Below, in pieces: positions 40,853 to 49,612 of a stretch of DNA of 64,000 nt. Origin of the DNA: an uncultured Vicinamibacteraceae bacterium (GTDB lineage Bacteria > Acidobacteriota > Vicinamibacteria > Vicinamibacterales > UBA8438); contig CAYFER010000013.1 in NCBI GenBank assembly GCA_964342185.1, forward strand, positions 4,598-68,597. The letters are read 5' to 3'. Each line of letters begins with the position of its first letter. Positions within the stretch are counted from its first letter, which is position 1. Both the position numbers and the translations under genes were made by a program. The notes beneath the pieces are model-generated. The model was not told the DNA's origin. It did not search any database and worked only from the letters and a program-made list of their open reading frames with translations.

Positions 40853-40889
40853 TCGTCTAGGAAATCCAATCTAACGTATGGTCTATTAA

Positions 40890-43673
40890 CTACTGGACTG
40901 TCGCCACGATTGTTTCAACAGTGAAAGACTCGATCACATCACCGACCTTGAGGTCAGAAAAACGTTCGAACGCAATTCCGCATTCAACTCCTGATTTGAC
41001 TTCAGTGACATCATCCTTAAATCGACGTAAAGACCCAATCTTGCCCTCGTGAATAATGACGCTGTCTCGAACTAATCGGGCCTTAGCTTCGCCACTTCTT
41101 GTAATGCGACCTTCGGTCACAATACAACCGGCTGCTGAACCGAACTTGGGAACCTTAAACACCTCTCGCACGTCAGCGAGACCCAGTTGCTGCTCTTTAA
41201 AGGTTGGCTCGAGAAGACCCGCCATTGCTTGTTTAATCTCATCAGTTACATGGTAGATAACTGAGTGCTTACGAATATCCACCCCCTCGCTCTCAGCGAC
41301 GACGTTGGCGTTGCGATCAGGCCTCACGTTGAAAGCTATGATGATTGCGTTGGAAGTTGAGGCTAGTAATACGTCAGATTCGTTAACTGCACCGACACCT
41401 GTGTGAATGATTCTTATTTTAACTCGCTCGTCCCCTAATTTTTCCAGTGATTGAGCTAAGACCTCGGACGAACCTTGTACATCAGCCTTAATGATAATTG
41501 GAAGTTCCTTAGAGCCACCTTCTGAAAGTTGTTCTTGTAGGGATTCTAGCGTTAGCCGTGACCCACGGTCGCCAAGGGCTTTTTCTTTTGCTTGATTCTG
41601 GCGTAAGAGAGCTATTTGCCTAGATTTTGCTGCGTCGCCAACACCTTGGAAGGCGTCTCCTGGCTTGGGCACACCCGTCAGTCCAAGCACCTCGACTGGG
41701 CTCGATGGGCCAACATCCTTTAATTGGTTCCCACGGTCGTCAATTAATGCTCGAACCCGCCCCACGATTGTACCTGCTATGAAGTTGTCACCAACCCTGA
41801 GTGTTCCGTCCTGAACAAGGATAGTCGCAACCGGACCACGTCCTCGGTCCACCTTGGCTTCGAGTACAGTTCCAGTGGCAATACGTTTCGGGTTGGCCTT
41901 ATGCTCGCCCATCTCCGTGATCAACAAGATCATTTCAAGCAGAGATTCTAAGTTCTCTTCGTTTTTGGCGGATACCGGAACCATCACAGTTTGTCCACCC
42001 CAGTCTTCAGGAGCCAAGTCACGTTCTGCTAGTTCCTGCTTGACTCGATCTGGGTTGGCATCTGCCTTGTCGATCTTGTTTATCGCCACAAGGATTGGGA
42101 CATCTGCGGCACGAGCATGGTCGATGGCTTCCTGGGTCTGGGGCATGACGCCGTCGTCGGCGGCAACTACCAAGATAATTACGTCGGTCACACTTGCACC
42201 ACGTGACCGCATCATCGTGAATGCCTCATGGCCTGGAGTGTCAAGAAAAACGATTCTTCGGTTCTTTACTTCGACCGCGTAGGCTCCGATGTGTTGTGTT
42301 ATTCCACCGGCCTCGCCTTCAGCGACTCGTGTATTTCTAATGGCGTCAAGCAGTGTCGTTTTTCCATGATCGACGTGTCCCATGACTGTTACCACGGGCG
42401 CGCGAGGGACAAGATCCTCAACCTTGGTCTCTTCAGCTTCCTGTTGCACCATTTCTTCTTCAAACGTTCGAAGTTTTACATCAGCGCCGAATTCACGCGC
42501 AATCATAGTTGCGGTGTCGGGATCGAGAGTTGTGTTGATCGTCATCATCAGACGTTTTTCAATTAGCTTTTTCAACACGTCTTTAGCTCGAACGTCAAGT
42601 CGGTCAGCTAGATCTTTGACAGCCATCCCTTCAGCAATTGTGATTGTTCTGGTGATAGGTGGCAGAGCTTTTGGTGCAACTGGGGCTACTGGTTTTGGTC
42701 GACGGACGGCTCGTCGTCCTGGTGACCGGTAAGTTCGTGGAGGTGGACGGTAGCCCACAGCCGGGCGCGCCGGAAGTGGTCGTGCTGACGTTGGTCGAAC
42801 TGGTTGCGACGGTAGCGGCCTTGGTCCACCGAGGGGAGGTGGGCTTGCCGCCGGTCCCTGCGAAGGTGTTGAACGCACGGCTGCAGGAGATTGGCGGTTG
42901 GCACTGTCCTGTTTGCCAGCCGGCTGTCGCGTCTTGCTGTCTTCAACTCGAAGCCGCAGAGTTGGGGGTACAAATCGCCCTGTTCGTTGGGGGCTCTTTT
43001 TTGCCGAGTGGTCCACCTCAGAAGTTTCGGTAGCAGGTATTGTCTTTTGCGTTGTTACGGGTTTGATAGGCGCCTTTGGTGGCGTGACCGGTTCGGCTGT
43101 AATTTTATGGTCGAGTGATACTTTAACTTCAGATAGAGTCGACCGCTTTTGAAGTTTCTCCTTCGCGGCTGTCTTTTCTTTAGGCGCCGTGGATGGCGTA
43201 GTTGAAGCAACTTCTTCTCTTGCTTTTGGTGGTTCTGCAATTGGTGGCGCGCTCACCTTATCTGGTAGTTTTATTTCAGATATTGTGGCTGTTCCGTCGG
43301 TAGTGGTCGCGGGTTCTAACTCACTCTCGGCGCTGACGGAGGCTTGTCTTTCGGCTTTAGCTGACTTGATGAGTCGAGGTGGGCCGAGTGATGCTTTTAC
43401 AAGTTGTGGAGGGTCCGACTTTGTCTTCTTTGCGGTCCGTCCTTTCTTGGGCACAATCCGTGCCGAGGAAGTTCCACCAAAAATATTTCCGCGGGGGAGG
43501 TCGATCTGTCGTTCCCGACTGAGACGTTCCGCAAATTGTTTAGCGACTATTTCTTCAATGGTGCTTGATGCACTTTTCACCTCAATCCCGTGGTCACGTT
43601 TGAGGAGATCTATAACTTCCTGACTCGGAAGGCCAAGTACCTCTGCAACTTTATAGATTCGTATAGTCGACAA
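40890..43673 (-). CDS. infB: translation initiation factor IF-2
   Basis: 927 aa: N-terminal IRIYKVAEVLG domain, about 300-aa Pro/Ala/Lys-rich linker, G domain VMGHVDHGKTTLLD / DTPGHEAF / NKID. TTG start. Confidence 0.95.
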   Translation of the reverse strand: MSTIRIYKVAEVLGLPSQEVIDLLKRDHGIEVKSASSTIEEIVAKQFAERLSRERQIDLPRGNIFGGTSSARIVPKKGRTAKKTKSDPPQLVKASLGPPRLIKSAKAERQASVSAESELEPATTTDGTATISEIKLPDKVSAPPIAEPPKAREEVASTTPSTAPKEKTAAKEKLQKRSTLSEVKVSLDHKITAEPVTPPKAPIKPVTTQKTIPATETSEVDHSAKKSPQRTGRFVPPTLRLRVEDSKTRQPAGKQDSANRQSPAAVRSTPSQGPAASPPPLGGPRPLPSQPVRPTSARPLPARPAVGYRPPPRTYRSPGRRAVRRPKPVAPVAPKALPPITRTITIAEGMAVKDLADRLDVRAKDVLKKLIEKRLMMTINTTLDPDTATMIAREFGADVKLRTFEEEMVQQEAEETKVEDLVPRAPVVTVMGHVDHGKTTLLDAIRNTRVAEGEAGGITQHIGAYAVEVKNRRIVFLDTPGHEAFTMMRSRGASVTDVIILVVAADDGVMPQTQEAIDHARAADVPILVAINKIDKADANPDRVKQELAERDLAPEDWGGQTVMVPVSAKNEENLESLLEMILLITEMGEHKANPKRIATGTVLEAKVDRGRGPVATILVQDGTLRVGDNFIAGTIVGRVRALIDDRGNQLKDVGPSSPVEVLGLTGVPKPGDAFQGVGDAAKSRQIALLRQNQAKEKALGDRGSRLTLESLQEQLSEGGSKELPIIIKADVQGSSEVLAQSLEKLGDERVKIRIIHTGVGAVNESDVLLASTSNAIIIAFNVRPDRNANVVAESEGVDIRKHSVIYHVTDEIKQAMAGLLEPTFKEQQLGLADVREVFKVPKFGSAAGCIVTEGRITRSGEAKARLVRDSVIIHEGKIGSLRRFKDDVTEVKSGVECGIAFERFSDLKVGDVIESFTVETIVATVQ

Positions 43674-43706
43674 CGTTAGTTCTCGGTTTAAAGTCTCTTT
43701 GATTTA

Positions 43707-45119
43707 CTAGTTCGAATCCTTCGATTCTTCGTCGCTTGAAGTCGTTTCTGGTGATTTTTCAGAAGGGGGTTCAACGTCTGAAATGCTCGTTTTAGATATT
43801 CCACTTTCATCACTTGCTTCCCGCGCTTCCGCTTCGGCGGCAGCACGCGCTGCCGCTTCAACTTGCTCTCGGACCGCTGTTTGGATCTCTTTGGCAGAGA
43901 CTTCGTCGCTTCCTATCACTTCGGCTATCTGAGTTGCTGTGGCCTCTAGAAGGCGGTCTGCCGTGTCGAGACCAGCATCACTTAGTTTTCGTACCTGTTC
44001 GTCGTCGACGTTGAGTTTCAACGTAGCAGAGTCATCGCCAGATTCTAATCCCGCGAACTGCGCCTCAACTTCCGCACGTTTCTCTTCTTCACTCTTTATA
44101 TCGATTCTCCAGCCGACAAGTTTTGCGGCTAGACGAACATTTTGTCCCTTTTTGCCGATTGCAAGTGATAGTTGCGCGTCCTCCACTACAACCTCAATTA
44201 TCTTCTCTACATCGTCTAGGATAGTTACTCGTTGGACGCGTGCTGGACTAATGGCGTTGGTCACAAAAGTGATTGGGTCTTCTGACCACTCAACGATGTC
44301 GATCTTTTCGCCGCGAAGTTCTCGAATGATAGCTTGTACGCGAGTACCTTTCATTCCGACGCACGCACCGACGGGATCGATATCGCGTTCCCGCGAGTAA
44401 ACTGCAACCTTTGCTCGGTCTCCGGCTTCACGAACTGCTCCTTTGACTATGACTGTTGAGTCATAAATTTCCGGAACCTCTTGTTCGAAGAGCTTAATGA
44501 GCAGAATCGGGTCGGTACGAGACAGAATTAACTGTGGTCCCTTTGTAATCTTATTGACTTCTTGGATTACCGCTCGGATACGGTCGCCCGTCGTGTAATT
44601 TTCGGCACGTGACTGTTCCCGGCGGGGCAATAACGCCTCGATTCTGGCGGATTCAACGACGATATCCCCATTCTCGAAGTGTTTAACTGTACCGGACATA
44701 ACCTCGCCGACTCGATCTTTGTACTCCTCGTGTACATTCTCACGTTCTGCTTCTCGAACCTTTTGAAAAATGACCTGTTTGGCGGTTTGTGCAGCGATCC
44801 GGCCCAGTACGTCAGTCGGTTTAGGAAACTCGATTTCCATGTCGACTTCAGCTTCGTCTCCATACAATTCTTGAGCTTCAGTCAACGCGATCTCGGTAAC
44901 GGGATCTGTTACTGTTTCGACTATGTGACGAACGGCAAACAAGTCTATTTGACCGGTTTCTTGGTTGAACTTGGTCCGAAGGTTCTCGTCAGACTTGTAG
45001 TATTTACGTGAGGCCGTCAGTACGGCATCTTCGATGGCCGTAATTATGACGTCAGGCTCGATTCCTTTTTCTTTGGCAACCGCCTCGATCGTTTGCTGTA
45101 ATGGATTGTTAATTGCCAT
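43707..45119 (-). CDS. nusA: transcription termination/antitermination factor NusA
   Basis: 470 aa, S1 plus two KH domains (ACVGMKGTRVQAI, AIGKKGQNVRLAAKLVGWRIDI); acidic C-terminal region. Confidence 0.95.
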   Translation of the reverse strand: MAINNPLQQTIEAVAKEKGIEPDVIITAIEDAVLTASRKYYKSDENLRTKFNQETGQIDLFAVRHIVETVTDPVTEIALTEAQELYGDEAEVDMEIEFPKPTDVLGRIAAQTAKQVIFQKVREAERENVHEEYKDRVGEVMSGTVKHFENGDIVVESARIEALLPRREQSRAENYTTGDRIRAVIQEVNKITKGPQLILSRTDPILLIKLFEQEVPEIYDSTVIVKGAVREAGDRAKVAVYSRERDIDPVGACVGMKGTRVQAIIRELRGEKIDIVEWSEDPITFVTNAISPARVQRVTILDDVEKIIEVVVEDAQLSLAIGKKGQNVRLAAKLVGWRIDIKSEEEKRAEVEAQFAGLESGDDSATLKLNVDDEQVRKLSDAGLDTADRLLEATATQIAEVIGSDEVSAKEIQTAVREQVEAAARAAAEAEAREASDESGISKTSISDVEPPSEKSPETTSSDEESKDSN

Positions 45120-45128
45120 TAGTTGTCT

Positions 45129-45632
45129 TTAAAACTCGACTTCAAGTCGAGCTCGTGTAATCGTCGACCACGGGATTCGATGCACGTTACGTCCCGTATC
45201 GACAAGCACGTCTTCTTCCTTTACACCATCAATCCGGCCGGCGATGTGATTCACGCCATCGACGGCTTCATCTACGACGAACTTTGCTAGCCGCCCTTTA
45301 AAGCGGCGACAGTCATCCAAGTGCCTCAACGGTCGGTCCAGTCCCGGAGACGACACTTCAAGCGTGTACGCGTGATCAAATGTGAAGTCGGTGTCGAGGA
45401 CCGCACTCAGGTCCCGACTGACACGCTGACAATCGCCAAGCGTGATCGACTCCTGAGTCGGGTCGGTACTGCTGTCAGAATCAGTTCCTGGCCTGTCGAG
45501 AAAAACACGCAATACCCATCCAATCGATTCTCGACGGAGCATCACGTCAAAAATTTGAAGCCCGAAACTGCCCGCTACCCGCTCCGAAATCGCCCGGACC
45601 TCAAATACGAGATCTTCGTGCCCCACCTTCAC
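45129..45632 (-). CDS. rimP: ribosome maturation factor RimP (start revised)
   Basis: RimP-like from VKVGHEDLVFEVRAISERVAGSFGLQIFDV...LRVFLDRP. GTG 45632 (or GTG 45626) chosen because the ORF-track start at 45716 reads through a perfect terminator hairpin. Confidence 0.8.
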   Translation of the reverse strand: MKVGHEDLVFEVRAISERVAGSFGLQIFDVMLRRESIGWVLRVFLDRPGTDSDSSTDPTQESITLGDCQRVSRDLSAVLDTDFTFDHAYTLEVSSPGLDRPLRHLDDCRRFKGRLAKFVVDEAVDGVNHIAGRIDGVKEEDVLVDTGRNVHRIPWSTITRARLEVEF

Positions 45633-45656
45633 CCAAGGAGCGTCCTGCGGCGCCCC

Positions 45657-45688
45657 AAAAACAAAAAGTGGGCAAACGCCCACTTTTT
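45657..45688 (-). terminator. rho-independent terminator (asnS 3' end / rimP leader)
   Basis: Minus strand AAAAAGTGGGC, loop GTTT, GCCCACTTTTT, then G-TTTTT. 11-bp perfect stem, 4-nt loop, U-tract. Confidence 0.8.
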
Positions 45689-45706
45689 CATGATCGACGT
45701 AGGAAA

Positions 45707-45736
45707 AATATATCACGTTGGAAACAAGACCGGCAA
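45707..45736 (-). promoter_or_regulatory. candidate promoter upstream of the rimP leader hairpin
   Basis: Minus strand TTGCCG (45736-45731), 18-nt spacer, TATATT (45712-45707). Confidence 0.25.
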
Positions 45737-45773
45737 CGGGAGCAGCACTCGCTAAACCCCTTGTTTTAGTTCG

Positions 45774-47066
45774 TCATGGTGTCAATCGATAGAGTGTTCG
45801 AGGGTAAGGAATGGCTTCCCTGACGTGGTCGAGGCCACATATCCAAGCTACAACCCGCTCAAGACCCATTCCGAATCCCCCATGCGGGACTGATCCGTAG
45901 CGGCGAAGGTCTAAGTACCATTCAAAGGCTTCTCTGGGAAGATCGTGCTCGTCAATACGAGCCGACAACAGGTCGAAATCGTCCAGTCGCTGGCCGCCAC
46001 CTATGATTTCCCCATAACCTTCAGGGGCTAGCAAATCCACTGAAAGCGAAACTTCGGTTCGATCTGGATCAGGTTGCATGTAGAAAGCCTTGATAGCGGC
46101 AGGGTATCGGTGAACAATAACAGGGCGGTCGAAGCGTTTTGCTAAAGCAGTTTCGTCCGGACCACCGAAGTCATCACCCCATTTAAACGAAAGCCCGTCT
46201 TTTTTTAATAACTCGACAGCTTCGTCATATGACACACGGGGAAACGGACTCTGGATGCTTTCCAGTGTTTTGGTGTCTCGTTCAAGCGTGGCGAGCTCAT
46301 GTTGCTTCGTTTCAAGTACGCGCTTGACTACACAAACTACTAGTGCCTCAGCTAAATTAATGACGTCGTCTAGTGTGGCATAGGCAACTTCTGGTTCGAC
46401 CATCCAAAACTCAGTGAGGTGACGTCTAGTCTTAGATTTCTCGGCACGAAAGGTTGGACCGAATGTATATACCCGCCCAAGCGCGAGGGCGTTGGCTTCG
46501 TTATAGAGCTGGCCGCTCTGTGTTAAATATGCGGTCCTATCATCAAAATATGAAACTGGGAACAATGTAGTTGTTCCCTCGCAGGCGGCTGGTGTGAGAA
46601 TGGGTGTATCAACGAGTACAAAACCTCTATCGTTGAAAAAGTCTCGAATTGCATTAATTATCTCGTGTCGTATTCGCAAGATGGCCTGTTGCCTTGAACT
46701 GCGTATCCATAGATGACGACGATCGAGAAGAAAATCAATTCCGTGCTCTTTCGGCGTAACGGGGTAGTCTTGTGATTTGCCTACGACTGTGAAATCAGAG
46801 ACGTCCATTTCAAATCCACCCGGTGCTCGCTCATCCGCGCGCACTACGCCACGAAGTATGAGTGCTGTCTCTTGGCCGAGATGGTCCGCTAGAATGAAGG
46901 CGTCTTCTCCCACGGCTGATTTTGATATCACTGCTTGAAGTAGCCCAGTGCCGTCGCGAATGGTCAGAAAGTGAATTTTTCCACTGGACCGTCGTTTATG
47001 GAGCCAGCCTTGTAGGGTGACTTTTTGGCCTTCGTGTGAAGCAATATGTTCGATGTAGGTCGTCAT
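45774..47066 (-). CDS. asnS: asparaginyl-tRNA synthetase
   Basis: 430 aa, class IIb; [17 protein letters not shown] and C-terminus [28 protein letters not shown] are AsnRS-like rather than AspRS-like. Confidence 0.88.
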   Translation of the reverse strand: MTTYIEHIASHEGQKVTLQGWLHKRRSSGKIHFLTIRDGTGLLQAVISKSAVGEDAFILADHLGQETALILRGVVRADERAPGGFEMDVSDFTVVGKSQDYPVTPKEHGIDFLLDRRHLWIRSSRQQAILRIRHEIINAIRDFFNDRGFVLVDTPILTPAACEGTTTLFPVSYFDDRTAYLTQSGQLYNEANALALGRVYTFGPTFRAEKSKTRRHLTEFWMVEPEVAYATLDDVINLAEALVVCVVKRVLETKQHELATLERDTKTLESIQSPFPRVSYDEAVELLKKDGLSFKWGDDFGGPDETALAKRFDRPVIVHRYPAAIKAFYMQPDPDRTEVSLSVDLLAPEGYGEIIGGGQRLDDFDLLSARIDEHDLPREAFEWYLDLRRYGSVPHGGFGMGLERVVAWICGLDHVREAIPYPRTLYRLTP

Positions 47067-47084
47067 ATAAGCCAGCAGTCCAAT

Positions 47085-48092
47085 TTACCCGAGTTCTCTT
47101 AAATGCGGCGATAGGAGTTTTCTGAGACGACTGAATCTTTCACGGCGTTCGAACACCTCTACTAGGTAGAGTAATGTTCGCGGTATGTCGTCATCGTATC
47201 GTGACGAACCGCCTATAGCTGATTGATATCCAAATGTACCGAGAGCCTTCAAGTGTCTCTGGACAGACATGAAATCGAAACGTTTGCGAAATGACGCGAC
47301 GTCAGTCGTCTTTGTCAATTCTAGGTATTTGTCGATCATTGTTTCGATTAAGTCTGCAGGGTTCTCTACATAGGAATCTCTGAGCAGCGATACTAGATCG
47401 TAAGTATCAGGGCCCATTCGCGCATCCTGAAAGTCTATGACATAGAGTCGTTTGTTATGCAGCATTAAGTTTCGACTGTGATAATCACGATGGCATAACA
47501 CACGCGGTTCCGCAGCCAGTTCAGAGGCGAGAGGGACGAATTCATTGCGGATCGCTGACCGTTGCTCAGGCGAAAGGTTAGTGCCGCGAGCGCAAATGAG
47601 AAAGTGCTCTAGAAAGAAATCAAACTCCCACATAAACTTCTCGGTGTCGAAAACAGATTTGAAGGGAACGTAATCACTTGCCTCGAATGGCCTAGCTTTG
47701 TGTTGCAGGTTTACGATTATAGTGACAGCTTCTAGATAAAGGGTCTTTCTATAATCTAGTGAAACAGAGGATAGCGCGTCCTGCAGGGTCAGATTGCCGA
47801 GATCCTCTAGTTCGATAATGCCAAGGTCGGCTTCAGTGTTAATAATGGTCGGCACGGGGATTGACATCTTATCGAGTAGTTGAGAAACGTTGACAAACGA
47901 CAGCGACTGCGCGTCGGTCGAACTTGGATAAACTACGAGCATTCGGGATTGTTTTGATGGGAGGGTGACCCGAATATAACGGCGCATTGAAGCGTCAGCC
48001 GGTAATACTTCCAACGTTGCGACTGACTTAAGGCCGGTTCGCTCGAGATATTTGTTTACTTTCTGTGCGATTGATGAAGTTAATCCTGCCAT
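47085..48092 (-). CDS. aminoglycoside-phosphotransferase-fold kinase (AmgK-like anomeric sugar kinase candidate)
   Basis: 335 aa, LCHRDYHSRNLM and VIDFQDARMGPDTYDLVSLLRDSY. Confidence 0.7.
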   Translation of the reverse strand: MAGLTSSIAQKVNKYLERTGLKSVATLEVLPADASMRRYIRVTLPSKQSRMLVVYPSSTDAQSLSFVNVSQLLDKMSIPVPTIINTEADLGIIELEDLGNLTLQDALSSVSLDYRKTLYLEAVTIIVNLQHKARPFEASDYVPFKSVFDTEKFMWEFDFFLEHFLICARGTNLSPEQRSAIRNEFVPLASELAAEPRVLCHRDYHSRNLMLHNKRLYVIDFQDARMGPDTYDLVSLLRDSYVENPADLIETMIDKYLELTKTTDVASFRKRFDFMSVQRHLKALGTFGYQSAIGGSSRYDDDIPRTLLYLVEVFERRERFSRLRKLLSPHLRELG

Positions 48093-48108
48093 GATTGACT
48101 TTGTATCA

Positions 48109-49041
48109 CTATCGGTTCAAGGGTAGCGATAAGAAGCCGTGCGGTTTCTTAATAAGAATTTCTTGAGCACACACGGTGTGATCTGGCAGGCAAACTCCGT
48201 CTGTCACGATGCAGTCAGTAAGGCGACAATGTTTTCCAATTACGACATCATCCCATAAGATCGTTCGGGTGATGTTGGCTGTTGGATGAATGTGGTTTCG
48301 TTTTCCGGTTGGAAGACTAATGTGCCCTTCATTTTGAGCGACTTCAAGTGATGTCTGCAGGTAGTCTGCGGGGGTTCCGACTTCGTAAAAGGGTCCTTTA
48401 AAGTAGTGAGTAGCAATTTGTCCAGGCCCGTCTGATAACAGATTGTCATACAGCCCTCCTACCGTGGAAGCTGGTATGCCAACTGGGAGTTCCTCAAAGA
48501 TCGATGCTTCTGTTAGCTGGACGCCAACGAAATGTTGGGACGGTACGCCAGGAGAACAAAAACTACGCACGAAACCAGTCTCATTGATGGCTACTCCACC
48601 GTAACGGGAATTCAGAGGGTGGTCGGTGATGGCTAGAGTGACATCTGCGGCAGTACGCTCGTGAGTTTGTTGAAGATCTCGTAGATTCACGTTAACAAGT
48701 GTGTCGCCGTTAATCACAAAAAAACGCTTCCCTAGTATTGATAAAGCTAGCCGTATTCCTCCTGCACTGCCAAGAATAGTTGACTCCCACGAATACCGAA
48801 CGCGAAGGTCAAGGTCGTTACCGTGTCCGACCACTTGGGTTATCGTGTGAGGTAGATGGTGCAGGTTTAGCACTACTGAGTGAATTTCTTGTTCTGCCAA
48901 CCATCGAAGCACTCGCAGGATGATCGGGACGCCCACCACTGGCACAGCTGGCTTGGCTCGTGCATGTGTGAGAGGTGTAAGACGAGTACCTAAGCCCGCC
49001 GTTAAAATCAGAGCTGGAGGGAGTTGATCTTCAGGCATCAA
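48109..49041 (-). CDS. sugar-1-phosphate nucleotidyltransferase (MurU/GCD1-like) with C-terminal left-handed beta-helix
   Basis: 310 aa, LILTAGLGTRLTPLTHARAKPAVPV; C-terminal hexapeptide-like repeats. Confidence 0.75.
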   Translation of the reverse strand: MMPEDQLPPALILTAGLGTRLTPLTHARAKPAVPVVGVPIILRVLRWLAEQEIHSVVLNLHHLPHTITQVVGHGNDLDLRVRYSWESTILGSAGGIRLALSILGKRFFVINGDTLVNVNLRDLQQTHERTAADVTLAITDHPLNSRYGGVAINETGFVRSFCSPGVPSQHFVGVQLTEASIFEELPVGIPASTVGGLYDNLLSDGPGQIATHYFKGPFYEVGTPADYLQTSLEVAQNEGHISLPTGKRNHIHPTANITRTILWDDVVIGKHCRLTDCIVTDGVCLPDHTVCAQEILIKKPHGFLSLPLNR

Positions 49042-49585
49042 AAACCATGTCGTTGGCGCTAGGACCCGTCATATTAGATTCCTTCAAGAAAATATCCCGA
49101 TATGAGTCTAATATGTAATCTTCTTGACGCCATCCCAAACTAGCCGCTATTTGGTTGATTTCGCTCTCCTCGCCTTCGAGTTCAATGAAAGTCCCAACGG
49201 GAGTTTCATCAATCGCAATAATGACTTCTTCGCAGGTGAATTCTTCTCGATACTTTTCGTATCGGAACCAGACTTCAAGGCCAAGACGCTCAAGAATTTT
49301 TACTAGATTGGAGCTATTACCGGCGGTCGATTCTATTTCTTCACGTACTTTCATGCTGGCTGACTCTGGCGGACCTTTAAAGGTAAGAGTGCAGTCTTCA
49401 TTTTCTCGGCGAATTCTCAAGACACATTGACTCTGTCGTAGTCGCTCATCTGGCCAATCAAATAATGCATCTTCTTGGAGGCGTTTCGATCGAAGAGGTG
49501 TAGCACCGACACTTTTGACCGCCTCGTGTGCCGCGCTCTTCGACGCAAAGCGTAATTTAATTTCCCGCTCCACGTTCTTTGTCAC
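49031..49585 (-). CDS. CYTH-domain protein (class IV adenylate cyclase / triphosphatase family)
   Basis: 184 aa, N-terminal EREIKLRF (ExExK), CyaB-like length and pattern; overlaps the downstream gene by 11 nt. Confidence 0.75.
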   Translation of the reverse strand: MTKNVEREIKLRFASKSAAHEAVKSVGATPLRSKRLQEDALFDWPDERLRQSQCVLRIRRENEDCTLTFKGPPESASMKVREEIESTAGNSSNLVKILERLGLEVWFRYEKYREEFTCEEVIIAIDETPVGTFIELEGEESEINQIAASLGWRQEDYILDSYRDIFLKESNMTGPSANDMVFDA

Positions 49586-49612
49586 CTTTTGACTCCTTGA
49601 TGAGAGGGGCTC

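Noticed and set aside
42659-43623. Cluster of 75-144 aa ORFs on both strands inside the infB 5' region.
   Set aside because: They lie within the Pro/Ala/Lys-rich IF-2 linker, where repetitive GC-rich codons leave several frames open. IF-2 continuity across the region is clear.
45633-45716. N-terminal 28 aa of the ORF-track rimP (MIYFSYVDHEKVGVCPLFVFGAPQDAPW).
   Set aside because: This segment is encoded by the terminator hairpin and its U-tract, and it is not RimP-like.
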